Source: a virus. Taken from it: a DNA stretch of 64,000 nt. Within the stretch, counting starts at the first letter, position 1. The number at the start of each line of letters is the position of its first letter. The position numbers and the translations under genes are program-made. The stretch is taken from IMG/VR virus record IMGVR_UViG_3300018411_000639, positions 32,001 through 96,000 of that record. One strand, given 5' to 3'. Under the pieces are notes generated by a model. That model did no database searches and was not told where the DNA came from. It saw only the letters and a program-made list of their open reading frames with translations. Shown in pieces: positions 9,602-18,695 of the stretch.

Positions 9602-12600
9602 TTAAAACAAACCGGATAGCTTCTCTTGCAACCAGCTGTCGCTGACTTGAGAAGTGTCGTCTTGGGTATTCAGGTTCACGTTCAAGTTCGGGCCGTTGAC
9701 TTTCTCAACCGTTCGTTTGACGGCCGATAGAACAGCGGAACTGTCTTGGCTGCCTTTTGCTTTCACATGAAACTGAACGCCTTCGTTTCCGACATAAGCT
9801 TTTCTTTCTTTGGACGAAGGAGCGATGCGTGGCGAAACCGCAGGCTTCTGGTCAAACTGTCCGTTGGAGTCGGAGGACCCGCTTCCGTTCGGACGGTGAG
9901 AAGCCTTCAGAGCAGAAGGAGGAGCAGAGAACTGCATCCCTGCAAGCAGACTGGAAAGCCCTACGGCTACACCGACCCCAATCATCGTTTTCCCGAATTT
10001 ACCCATCGGCTTGCGGGCAATTTGTTCAACGGCATCCATCCCTGCACTGGCGACACTCTTTCTTTCTCCGGCACTTTGTCCTGTCTTGCGGATTGCGTCG
10101 TTGATGTCTGAGATACCACCCATGACTTCGTCCTCAAGGCCTCGGGTATTCTGTACGGTATGCCTGTCCATCGCTTGTCTTGCTTCCTCGATGGATGCGC
10201 CGTCCAGTGCTTCGAAGTAGTGGCCGATCTGTTCCGCAGTCTTTCGGGCTGCCTGTGTGTTTCTGGCACCAGAACTTCCTGCTTCGTAGATGCCACGCAA
10301 GTCATTCATGCTGACCTCGTTGATCTTGAGTCCTGCTTGATTGCCGAAAGCGATACGCGCCTCACCTAAGCCTTGGATATTCCGTTCGCTCAGGAAAGAT
10401 TGGATGATGTCGTTGCTGTTCCAATTAAGGTACTGCATCGCTTCGTCAGACTGACTGCTTGCCAAGGTGTCGAAGTCCTCGTCCAGTTGCTTCAGGATGC
10501 CTTGGTTTTGTGTAGAGGCTTGTCTCCAAGGGGTAAGCACGGTTTCTTCTTCCACCGCTTTACTTACGTTCTGATCGTTCAGGCGTTCTGCTGCGCTCTC
10601 GTCCAGGCCTCTCACCTGCTCGGCATAGCGAGTCGTTAACTGTTCGCTTACGTCATGAAGGTTGTAGAGTTGACCTCTCGCCCCTTCTGTCCGTTGGATG
10701 ATCTTCTGAATACCGACATCCCCGCTTGAAGGAGTTGGTATTGTGTCGGAATTGACACCTTTGACGGACGCAGCGTCTCTTGCCATCACGGAGTGACGGA
10801 CTTGTTCTCGTGATTCCGCACTGGCTCCTCGTTCACGGATCTGGTCATTGAACTGACGAATCAGCGAACCGGAGTCCTTGTGTCCCCTACTTCTTAACTC
10901 TCCGGCGAACTGGCTTGTGGCTTTACCTTCGTCCGTCCCGAAGAAACTTTCCTGTGCTCTTTTTGCGATTGCATGATCGTAGCCTTCGTGAGAGAGAATC
11001 GAGGATGCGACTGTTTCTCTTAGTCGATTGGCTCTCTTCCCTCTTTTCGTTACGGTAGACTCTAATACGTCTATTTTATCAGAAGGGGACTGTGATGACA
11101 ACGTCTTCGAGGCGACCAGTGCTTCGACCTGACGAAACTGAAAAGTATCGGCATCCGTCATCGCTTCATCGACAAACTGCTGAGCCCCTTTCGTTATGAT
11201 CTCTTCACGGAAGGCAGGTACATCGCTCCTTGTTCCGATACGGAAACTCTCTTGGATCTTCTGACCAAGGACTTCCATGTCAGCCCCATAGACACGCTGT
11301 TGCTTCTTCGTCTTCGTCTCCTGAAGGACAACGAATGGCTGACGGGAGCGCTCCCCTTGGCCGTAAGATTTCACTTGGTAGATACCCGGATCGTAAACAC
11401 CCTCATTTGGCATCAAGTAATTACTCTTGTCCAAGGCTACTCCGTCGATTCGGATAGCGGAGGGTTGTTTTGCTCTCCGGATGGCTTCCTGTTTTGCTCG
11501 GATAACCTCACTGCTTCCTTCTGCTGTTTCGTTCACAACAGACTTCAGGCGATCCATCAGACCTCTGGGGTTCGGTTGACTTCGGATAAGCGGAGAGTTC
11601 CAGATTTGGGTTGCACGAGGATCTTGGAACATCTTGCTCAAGGATAACAGGGATTGATTCATCGGGATATTCATATCGACTGATCCGTTCAGAATGTCAG
11701 CTGCCACAGGAGCCGTTCCTTTCGGGAAGATCGGACCTTCCATAGCGTCGATTACGTTCTGAAGACCCATCTCATGTTCTCCGTTGGCGAGTTGCGTCAG
11801 ACCTAAGCGGTACTTCGGAACCTTGGTAAGCTCTTCCCCACCATCCTTGATATGTTTAACGTCGATCGGCTTTTGTTCGGATTCATCTGTCATCTTCAAG
11901 AGATTATCTAGGTGGACTTGATCCTCTTTGCTGTCCTTAAACACTTCCTCACCGATTTCACGCAAGACATAGTTTGGTGTGGAGATGTAACCGATAGCCC
12001 CTTTGTTGTGCTTGTTCTTGATGGCGGTTGTAACGACAGCTTCGTTGTGCAGATAATTGTCTTTCAGTTTCCCTGTCGCCGTGTCCGTAGGGAGATTCTG
12101 CTCTCCCTGGATGTATGCAGCATGACGAAGGATAGCATCCCCGGCCTCATCTTCTGGATTGGAAGATCCAAACTTGATGGAGTCACCCACGTACTCGTCG
12201 ATTGCAGCAGCCATGTGGCCGTCTTTCCCTGCATTGGTAAAAGATTGCGCCTCGTAGAGTTTACGTGTCGCTAACTCAGCGGGGTCTTGTTCGTTCAACA
12301 GGCGAACGACATTGCGACCTTTCTCTTTATCGTAGCTGGATTCTAGGTTGAGGATCATGGCCTCCATATCTCCATCGACGTCGGCGTTCCAACTATTCGC
12401 TGTGTACCCTTGAAACATGAGGGTGCGACCCTTTAGTTTGTCGTTCAAGCGGACACTGACAGCTAAGTCGGAACTGGTCTTAAATACCGGGTCACGTTTA
12501 CCTGTCCCGAAAATACCGCGCTCCCTGACGTATTCCAAGCCCGCTTTCTCGAAAGCCTCGTCTGTCGCAGCAACGTAGGCGGGGGAGTTCTTCCAGTCAC

Positions 12601-15600
12601 GGGTTGCTTTCTTCAACTCTTTCTTTGTGGCGCCGGCAATCCCTTCCCGGGAAGGGTCTCCCGCTAAGACAAGCGACCCTTGCCCATCAAGAATACCCTT
12701 TCGGATCAACTGCTCTCGGAAGGCGTTGTCGTTTGCTAATCTTTCGTTTACGACTTGATCGCCGATGTCGCGGAAGTTTACACCCATCTCTTCCAGTTGC
12801 TCACGAGAGGTCTCAAGAACATCTCCGTACCCGATGCGACCATCTGCACCTCTCAGAGTCAGGCCCTTCGTGCTCTCTTTATTGGCGAAAGACAACTCAA
12901 TGCCGTTTTCGAGATCCGCTTTCGCTTTCTCTGCGGCTACAGCCAGTGACTCTCCTTTCATCATCTCTTCTGTTACAGGTGAAGTGATGACGGTACCGTG
13001 AGCGTACCCAGAGAACGGCATACGTCCAGATAGCATGAAGCGATTCATGATGCCGTCCTTATGATTCAGTTCATTCTCAAAGGAACCCATCATATCCTTG
13101 TAGGCATCGTCCATCCGCGACTGCATCTGTTTGATGCTTTCTCCGCTTCTAACTGATTGCCCATCCTCAAGGGCTTTTGCCGAGTTAAGCAGTGAGGCGA
13201 TTTTCTTCTGAGAGTCAGAGAAGAAGACCTGTCCATCTACGGCGTGCGTGCGAACCAATGGAATAACCACATCACCGACTCGTTCCCCTGTTTCCGGGTT
13301 CTTGATGGTTATGCCGCCCAAGTTGACTCGGAACGCATCCACGCCCTCGAAGCTTCCATCGTTCTCGTTGGCTACAGAGAACAGCGTCTGCATCATTTCC
13401 TCAACACTGGCTCCACTCTTAGGGATAAGCAAGTCCTCTAGGTTTACGTCCTGAACCCCTCCGGGACTCTTCTCCCCCATTACGTGAGTAAGGGATGCCA
13501 TGATTCCTCGTAAGGACTTGGCTCCCTCTGCATATTCCGGGGACCGCTGAATAATCCGCATTCTCCGGTCAAGGATCGGCTGTGCAACTTTTTCAAACCG
13601 CTCTCCGGTGAATATACGGAACTCTGCATCGCCCACATTGGAACCCAACATCTGATTGGATTTCGGTGTGACGCTGACCCCTTTTCCTGTATCGCCTTCT
13701 GCTCCTTTTGCCGAGTGCATCTCGGACATAATCATGCGACGAACAGGTACGCGGTAGGAGTTGGCTTGTTCCATCTGGCGCATTTCGGCAGCGACTTGTC
13801 TGACCTTTTCGTCGGGACTGTCTTGGATGGCTCGCACCATATCCCTGACACCTTCTAAGTGACCGGCATCAGAGGAAGGATTTCCCTCGATAAGGAGCGT
13901 CTTCTTCCCTGCCTCATCGAGCAGGAAGTCTCCCGTCTCGCTTCGGCTGTAACGTGCGTTCCAACTTGGCAGATGTTCGTCAGCAAGGCGTTCGAACTCG
14001 CCCTCTACACCTAGTTCGTCAAAGCGTTCCGCCATGTAGTTCACGGAGCTACCTGCGACCACGGAGCCGGATAAATGCTTCCCTAGTTCGAACTTACCGA
14101 CCAAGGCTGCGTCTCCGTAAGATTCTTTCCAGACGGCCTGAACGAGGTCATCGTATTCATCGCCCAAGTCGACGGTGGATGCGACAGTCTTCTCTACGCC
14201 ACTGATGCCGAGTTTGAGCTCTCTCAGCTGACCTTCGGCAACAAACCGCGCTTCGTCACCTTCTCCGACCATCTTGCCGGGGTTCACGTACATGGCGTCG
14301 TCTGCGATTTCTCCGACCTGACCACTTGCCTTGTTGTACACGATGTCGATGGTGCTTCCGTCCAACTCACGCGTACCGATGACATCACCCGTCTTCACGA
14401 AGTCACCCGGCGAAATGGTCATTTTTGCCGTTTCAAGGTCTTTGATCTTGAAGGTGTTCAATTCGTTCTTGTTCCACAAATCCTTGCGGAGAATCGGATT
14501 GACGAGCGAATGCTGCAGGTTCGTATCCGAGTAAAGACGGAACTCTTGCATGACGGCATCGAAGTCTTCGGAAGTATACTTGCCACCAAGTCCGGCCAGA
14601 ACATCTTCCTTGCGGGATTCCGTTGCGTCCAGAGCCTGCAGCATTTCATGGGTGTGCATCTGACGCACGTTCGCCATGACCGTTCCTTCGTAACTCCCCA
14701 TACCGGCGGCTTCCATCTTTCCGTAGTAGTTCTCTGCGGCTTCTCTCGTCACGACACTTTCACCGACACGGATATTCAAGGAGTCCAGTTTGGCTTCCTT
14801 GCCGACAAGATCGTCTTTGTCAAAAGATTGGAAAGACTGGAACTGCATCTGCACCGGACGAGTGAACCCGGTCATAAAGCCATACGAGTTCATGGCGACA
14901 CGATCCAACGTGGAAACAAATCCATCCGCAACTTTGTCTTCCCTCAGGATTTGATGCGCGCCTGTGTCCAGTAGGTTTTTGAACTCTGACACGGTCTGTG
15001 CGTCCGTGATTTCTTCGCCGTAATCCACTACCTTTTGGATAAGACCTTCTCCGTAAACAAGGTTCTTGACGTACCATTCCTGAACGGCGATATCCATATC
15101 CTTCATTTTCTTCAGACTGTTGTGCCCACCGTCGGTAAGTTGCTGACTCCAATTAGCCATGTAACTTGCTACCTTTTCATCGGTTCCCCCTACGACAGGG
15201 CTGAATACTTCGTTCAGCGTTTTTCTTACGCCTTCGTCCCGTTGATAGATCGCAGGCAAGAAGTTGATGGCAGAACTCATATCGACTAGATGGTTGGATG
15301 CAACGTCCGACATGTTCGGAATGACTTTCTTCAAGGCTTGCCCACCTTCTACAACGGTCTGCACCCCACTTAATCCGGGAGCAGCTAGTATCGGCTTGCT
15401 GAAGGCGCGGTTCACGGTCGCATTGACTGCTTGGAAATCACCACGGGAAACCATATCGGCGATCCGCTTGTTCTCGTAGATGTACTGCGTCAAGGATTCA
15501 TTCAACGTATCCTGATAATGTGTCACGAGCTTACCTGTATCCTTGTCCGTGTAGGCGTTCAGGCTGCCAATGATGGACTTCTCTATCCGACCTTTCGACA

Positions 15601-18600
15601 CGGATGCAACCGGGCCATCCATATTGATCTTGCTCATAGGGACGACTCCGGCAAACTCACGAATCTCATCCATTCCTTTTTCATCTGTGAGAGCTTCCAG
15701 TAATCGGTGAGAGTGTTTCTGATCTGTAAAGGCGAGCATCAAGTTATCGTCCGGCCCGTTGAATAGCTGTACGGCGTAATCGTGCGCCCCGACCATCCCC
15801 ATCTTCTTGTTGAAGAAAAGGCTCTCGACTTGCTTCAGGTGATGATCGTCGTAGTTCAGCTCTGCACGCAGTTGTTCTGCCACAGGCGCGAATCCTTTTT
15901 CGGACACCCCAATCGAAACCAGAGGGCGCGTACTGTTGATTGCTTGCTCTACGGTCTTCTGGATGTCATCCGGTGTATTGCCGATCGACGCATGGAACTC
16001 ATCCAGACTATTGCCCTTGTGTTTGAAACCGGATGTATCGAACTCGAGCATCGGTTGCGTTTCTGAATTAATGTAACCCCATAGCTTGCGGTCTTCATCG
16101 CTCAACGTTCCTTCGACGCTTTGTTCGTAAAGGGTGTCGGACGTTACGTCACCGAAATCGAAATCACGCATCTGCTCCGCACTAAAACGGGACTTCACGC
16201 TATCGACGGCTTGGAATAACTCTCCTCCGATTGCTTGTGCGATGTGGTAAGGATCGGTAGCGTCACCGATGACACTGTGCTTGAAGCCTGCAGGCAACAG
16301 CTGACGACCGACAAGATCATCGGCGATAGACTTCAAGGCTTCTACTTGCAGGAACTTTTTACGAGAAGGGAGTTTTTCATGTTTCCCAACCCCTCTTACG
16401 GCATTCAGGATGCCGGCCCCCGCCGAATTGTTCGAGGATGCATTGATCCGTGTATACCCGTTTCCGCCCACAACGTCCGCTACCTCGATGGAGTGAATGT
16501 CCGCAAAGGTCCGGTCGGCAATCCGTTTGTTTCCAGCGATAGAGTTTCCTGTTTCAGGGTCTTTCGTAAGCAAGCCCCAAGCTTTCCGTAGAGCCAATGT
16601 CTTCTGTGTTTCCATGTAGTTGCCTGCAATCTTCGGTGTCAGGTTGCTTGGCACTTGTGTCAGGGCTGCGTTCGTGCCGATGGTATTGATAGCTGTCTCC
16701 ATAGTGATATTGGTGTCTTTCAGGACATTGTAGAGTTCCTTGAATGTCGTCTTCTGTTGCGGAGATTTCAGTCTGCCTAGCACTTGATCCGCATTCAAGG
16801 TCTTGTCCAATTCACTGACAGAGCCGTTCTTCACAAGGAACGCGATATCTTCCATTCGGGCCGGTCTGCCGAAGGTTTCTCTGAAGGCGATGTTTACGTC
16901 CGAGTAAGTGCCGTACATCGTTTCAGCGTAACTGAATCCTCGCCCGTTCCCTAGTTGAAACATTCCCTCAAAGTTCCGTCGCGCGCTATCGGAAATCGTG
17001 CGGCCTACTTGTTGGTCCACCATGGCAGAAGTCACCTCTCCGGGGTTCAACGGAATGCGGTTCACAGCTTGATTGGACTCCAAAGCGCTTCGCAGTTCCG
17101 CTTTCCGTCGGTACTTGCTTCGACCCTGCAAACCAACTTGAGTGGCGTAAGAGCGCAAGCCTTTGAGTGGCATCTGGCTGAAGTCTGTCAGTTCCTCGGC
17201 TTCAACGACTGTATGGATGGAGAGGTCATTCTGGAACAAGGCTTGAATGTCGTCCGGGTTCGATCTGAAAATCGTACCTGTCACATTCTGATTTCCTTCG
17301 CCTGCTCCTCGGAACCGAAGAGCGAACAACCCTTCTGCTCCCGGTTGGTTCTTCGCGACTCGACTTGCGATGCTCCCGTCAAGTTCTGCTGTTGGGATGA
17401 ATTTCATCTCATCCACCTGATAGAACTGATTGCGGTTCAATGCGTAATCAAGGTGCGGCTGAATCTCTCCGTCAATCGCCATGAAGTCGTATCCGTCTTT
17501 GTCGATCTTAACCGCTTTGTTGGCGAACACCACGCTCTCGCCCGCATTGTCTGGTGTGACGGTTCGGTTGTTTGGGTTGGAGCGAATAGCTTCCACACCT
17601 TCGAGGACGTCTTGGTAACTTTTCTGAGCAAGAGTCATGGTCGCTTTCGTATCGGATTCCGCAAGATGGGCGTCAATGTCGATACCGAAGGCCGAAGCCC
17701 ACGAACCCAGACTACCCGGACTGCTTCCTGCACTAAAGCTTTCGATGCCTTGGTTGCTGGCGATACCGCTTAACGAAGACAACATTCTTCCTTGATTGGT
17801 TGCGCTCAGACCGGTTCTGGCATCATAGTGGTTCAGCGCCTTGACGGCAGGGATGCCTTGCTCCTGCAGCACGGCGTTCAGGAAAGGAATGTCATAGTTT
17901 GTGCCATTGTAGCTGAGAAGGGCTTTCCCCGGATTGTTGGTTTCGGTGATGGCGTTCCGTAAGGAAATAAGTTGCTGTCTTCCGACGTCTGTCTGGAGTC
18001 CTTGCTTGCGGCCTACTTTAGCAAGATTGGACAAACCTGACCTTGCCCGACGAAGATCCGTTGGGTCAGGGTCGAGCAGTTTGCCCAGAGCGAAACGTTT
18101 GGAACGAGGATTCATCACAAAGGCGTTGGGGTCAGAATAGACTGTCAGCCGTTTAATGGTGGACTGCTCAGCTGCACTCAACGTATCCCACCCATCTCCC
18201 TCTGCGCGGGCTATCAACTCTAGGAAGCCTCTTCGTTGCCGTTCTTCTACACCAAAGGTAAGGACTTCGCTGATTGGCTTATTTGCCTGAATCATACCCG
18301 AAGCATTCTTCGTTACCTGTTGCCGCACAAGAGCGACTTCCGTCATGGCCAGCAATCCTTTTTCGGACTCCGTTGCGTTTGGTCCGAAGTTCCCAAGGGT
18401 TTCCAAGTCGAAACCTGTAACGTCGCCTCCGTCCACCTCGAAGATGTTGCGGATGTTCTCTGCCTGCTTCTGGATTTCATTGAGGTCAAAACCTTTTGCT
18501 GCTTCAGGGTAAGTGGTGAACGCAAACGGCACACGGGATTGTCTGGCGAGAAGTTGGTTCAGCGTATCTCTTTGTTTCTGGTAAAGCTCCTGTGCGTCGG

Positions 18601-18676
18601 GATTATCCCACATTGTCCCAAGGTTGCTGTTGAAACTGCTTCTTGTTGTGTCTCGGTTGATGTCAGCTAAATACAT
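9602..18676 (-). CDS. Giant putative virion protein: DEDDh exonuclease + Rho_N-like module + single-chain two-barrel (beta/beta'-like) RNA polymerase + C-terminal hydrophobic helix
   Basis: 3024 aa; FDLET / YNGTNYD / HLAESD; RPVQMQFQ, PGDFVKTGDVIG, KLGISGVEK; DGIMNRFMLSGRMPFSG, KRDP, NADVDGD, all in canonical order. Confidence 0.8.
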   Translation of the reverse strand: MYLADINRDTTRSSFNSNLGTMWDNPDAQELYQKQRDTLNQLLARQSRVPFAFTTYPEAAKGFDLNEIQKQAENIRNIFEVDGGDVTGFDLETLGNFGPNATESEKGLLAMTEVALVRQQVTKNASGMIQANKPISEVLTFGVEERQRRGFLELIARAEGDGWDTLSAAEQSTIKRLTVYSDPNAFVMNPRSKRFALGKLLDPDPTDLRRARSGLSNLAKVGRKQGLQTDVGRQQLISLRNAITETNNPGKALLSYNGTNYDIPFLNAVLQEQGIPAVKALNHYDARTGLSATNQGRMLSSLSGIASNQGIESFSAGSSPGSLGSWASAFGIDIDAHLAESDTKATMTLAQKSYQDVLEGVEAIRSNPNNRTVTPDNAGESVVFANKAVKIDKDGYDFMAIDGEIQPHLDYALNRNQFYQVDEMKFIPTAELDGSIASRVAKNQPGAEGLFALRFRGAGEGNQNVTGTIFRSNPDDIQALFQNDLSIHTVVEAEELTDFSQMPLKGLRSYATQVGLQGRSKYRRKAELRSALESNQAVNRIPLNPGEVTSAMVDQQVGRTISDSARRNFEGMFQLGNGRGFSYAETMYGTYSDVNIAFRETFGRPARMEDIAFLVKNGSVSELDKTLNADQVLGRLKSPQQKTTFKELYNVLKDTNITMETAINTIGTNAALTQVPSNLTPKIAGNYMETQKTLALRKAWGLLTKDPETGNSIAGNKRIADRTFADIHSIEVADVVGGNGYTRINASSNNSAGAGILNAVRGVGKHEKLPSRKKFLQVEALKSIADDLVGRQLLPAGFKHSVIGDATDPYHIAQAIGGELFQAVDSVKSRFSAEQMRDFDFGDVTSDTLYEQSVEGTLSDEDRKLWGYINSETQPMLEFDTSGFKHKGNSLDEFHASIGNTPDDIQKTVEQAINSTRPLVSIGVSEKGFAPVAEQLRAELNYDDHHLKQVESLFFNKKMGMVGAHDYAVQLFNGPDDNLMLAFTDQKHSHRLLEALTDEKGMDEIREFAGVVPMSKINMDGPVASVSKGRIEKSIIGSLNAYTDKDTGKLVTHYQDTLNESLTQYIYENKRIADMVSRGDFQAVNATVNRAFSKPILAAPGLSGVQTVVEGGQALKKVIPNMSDVASNHLVDMSSAINFLPAIYQRDEGVRKTLNEVFSPVVGGTDEKVASYMANWSQQLTDGGHNSLKKMKDMDIAVQEWYVKNLVYGEGLIQKVVDYGEEITDAQTVSEFKNLLDTGAHQILREDKVADGFVSTLDRVAMNSYGFMTGFTRPVQMQFQSFQSFDKDDLVGKEAKLDSLNIRVGESVVTREAAENYYGKMEAAGMGSYEGTVMANVRQMHTHEMLQALDATESRKEDVLAGLGGKYTSEDFDAVMQEFRLYSDTNLQHSLVNPILRKDLWNKNELNTFKIKDLETAKMTISPGDFVKTGDVIGTRELDGSTIDIVYNKASGQVGEIADDAMYVNPGKMVGEGDEARFVAEGQLRELKLGISGVEKTVASTVDLGDEYDDLVQAVWKESYGDAALVGKFELGKHLSGSVVAGSSVNYMAERFDELGVEGEFERLADEHLPSWNARYSRSETGDFLLDEAGKKTLLIEGNPSSDAGHLEGVRDMVRAIQDSPDEKVRQVAAEMRQMEQANSYRVPVRRMIMSEMHSAKGAEGDTGKGVSVTPKSNQMLGSNVGDAEFRIFTGERFEKVAQPILDRRMRIIQRSPEYAEGAKSLRGIMASLTHVMGEKSPGGVQDVNLEDLLIPKSGASVEEMMQTLFSVANENDGSFEGVDAFRVNLGGITIKNPETGERVGDVVIPLVRTHAVDGQVFFSDSQKKIASLLNSAKALEDGQSVRSGESIKQMQSRMDDAYKDMMGSFENELNHKDGIMNRFMLSGRMPFSGYAHGTVITSPVTEEMMKGESLAVAAEKAKADLENGIELSFANKESTKGLTLRGADGRIGYGDVLETSREQLEEMGVNFRDIGDQVVNERLANDNAFREQLIRKGILDGQGSLVLAGDPSREGIAGATKKELKKATRDWKNSPAYVAATDEAFEKAGLEYVRERGIFGTGKRDPVFKTSSDLAVSVRLNDKLKGRTLMFQGYTANSWNADVDGDMEAMILNLESSYDKEKGRNVVRLLNEQDPAELATRKLYEAQSFTNAGKDGHMAAAIDEYVGDSIKFGSSNPEDEAGDAILRHAAYIQGEQNLPTDTATGKLKDNYLHNEAVVTTAIKNKHNKGAIGYISTPNYVLREIGEEVFKDSKEDQVHLDNLLKMTDESEQKPIDVKHIKDGGEELTKVPKYRLGLTQLANGEHEMGLQNVIDAMEGPIFPKGTAPVAADILNGSVDMNIPMNQSLLSLSKMFQDPRATQIWNSPLIRSQPNPRGLMDRLKSVVNETAEGSSEVIRAKQEAIRRAKQPSAIRIDGVALDKSNYLMPNEGVYDPGIYQVKSYGQGERSRQPFVVLQETKTKKQQRVYGADMEVLGQKIQESFRIGTRSDVPAFREEIITKGAQQFVDEAMTDADTFQFRQVEALVASKTLSSQSPSDKIDVLESTVTKRGKRANRLRETVASSILSHEGYDHAIAKRAQESFFGTDEGKATSQFAGELRSRGHKDSGSLIRQFNDQIRERGASAESREQVRHSVMARDAASVKGVNSDTIPTPSSGDVGIQKIIQRTEGARGQLYNLHDVSEQLTTRYAEQVRGLDESAAERLNDQNVSKAVEEETVLTPWRQASTQNQGILKQLDEDFDTLASSQSDEAMQYLNWNSNDIIQSFLSERNIQGLGEARIAFGNQAGLKINEVSMNDLRGIYEAGSSGARNTQAARKTAEQIGHYFEALDGASIEEARQAMDRHTVQNTRGLEDEVMGGISDINDAIRKTGQSAGERKSVASAGMDAVEQIARKPMGKFGKTMIGVGVAVGLSSLLAGMQFSAPPSALKASHRPNGSGSSDSNGQFDQKPAVSPRIAPSSKERKAYVGNEGVQFHVKAKGSQDSSAVLSAVKRTVEKVNGPNLNVNLNTQDDTSQVSDSWLQEKLSGLF
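10743..10758 (+). repeat. Dispersed 16-bp motif GTGTCGGAATTGACAC
   Basis: Perfect copy; identity with the copy at 25564 extends to 21 bp (TTGTGTCGGAATTGACACCTT). Confidence 0.85.
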
Positions 18677-18695
18677 GCCAACCCTCCTTCATTCG

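Noticed and set aside
10752-10780. Dispersed motif as antisense sigmaA promoters because it contains TTGACA on the plus strand
   Set aside because: No -10-like hexamer 17 bp downstream at the copies checked (10752, 35916)
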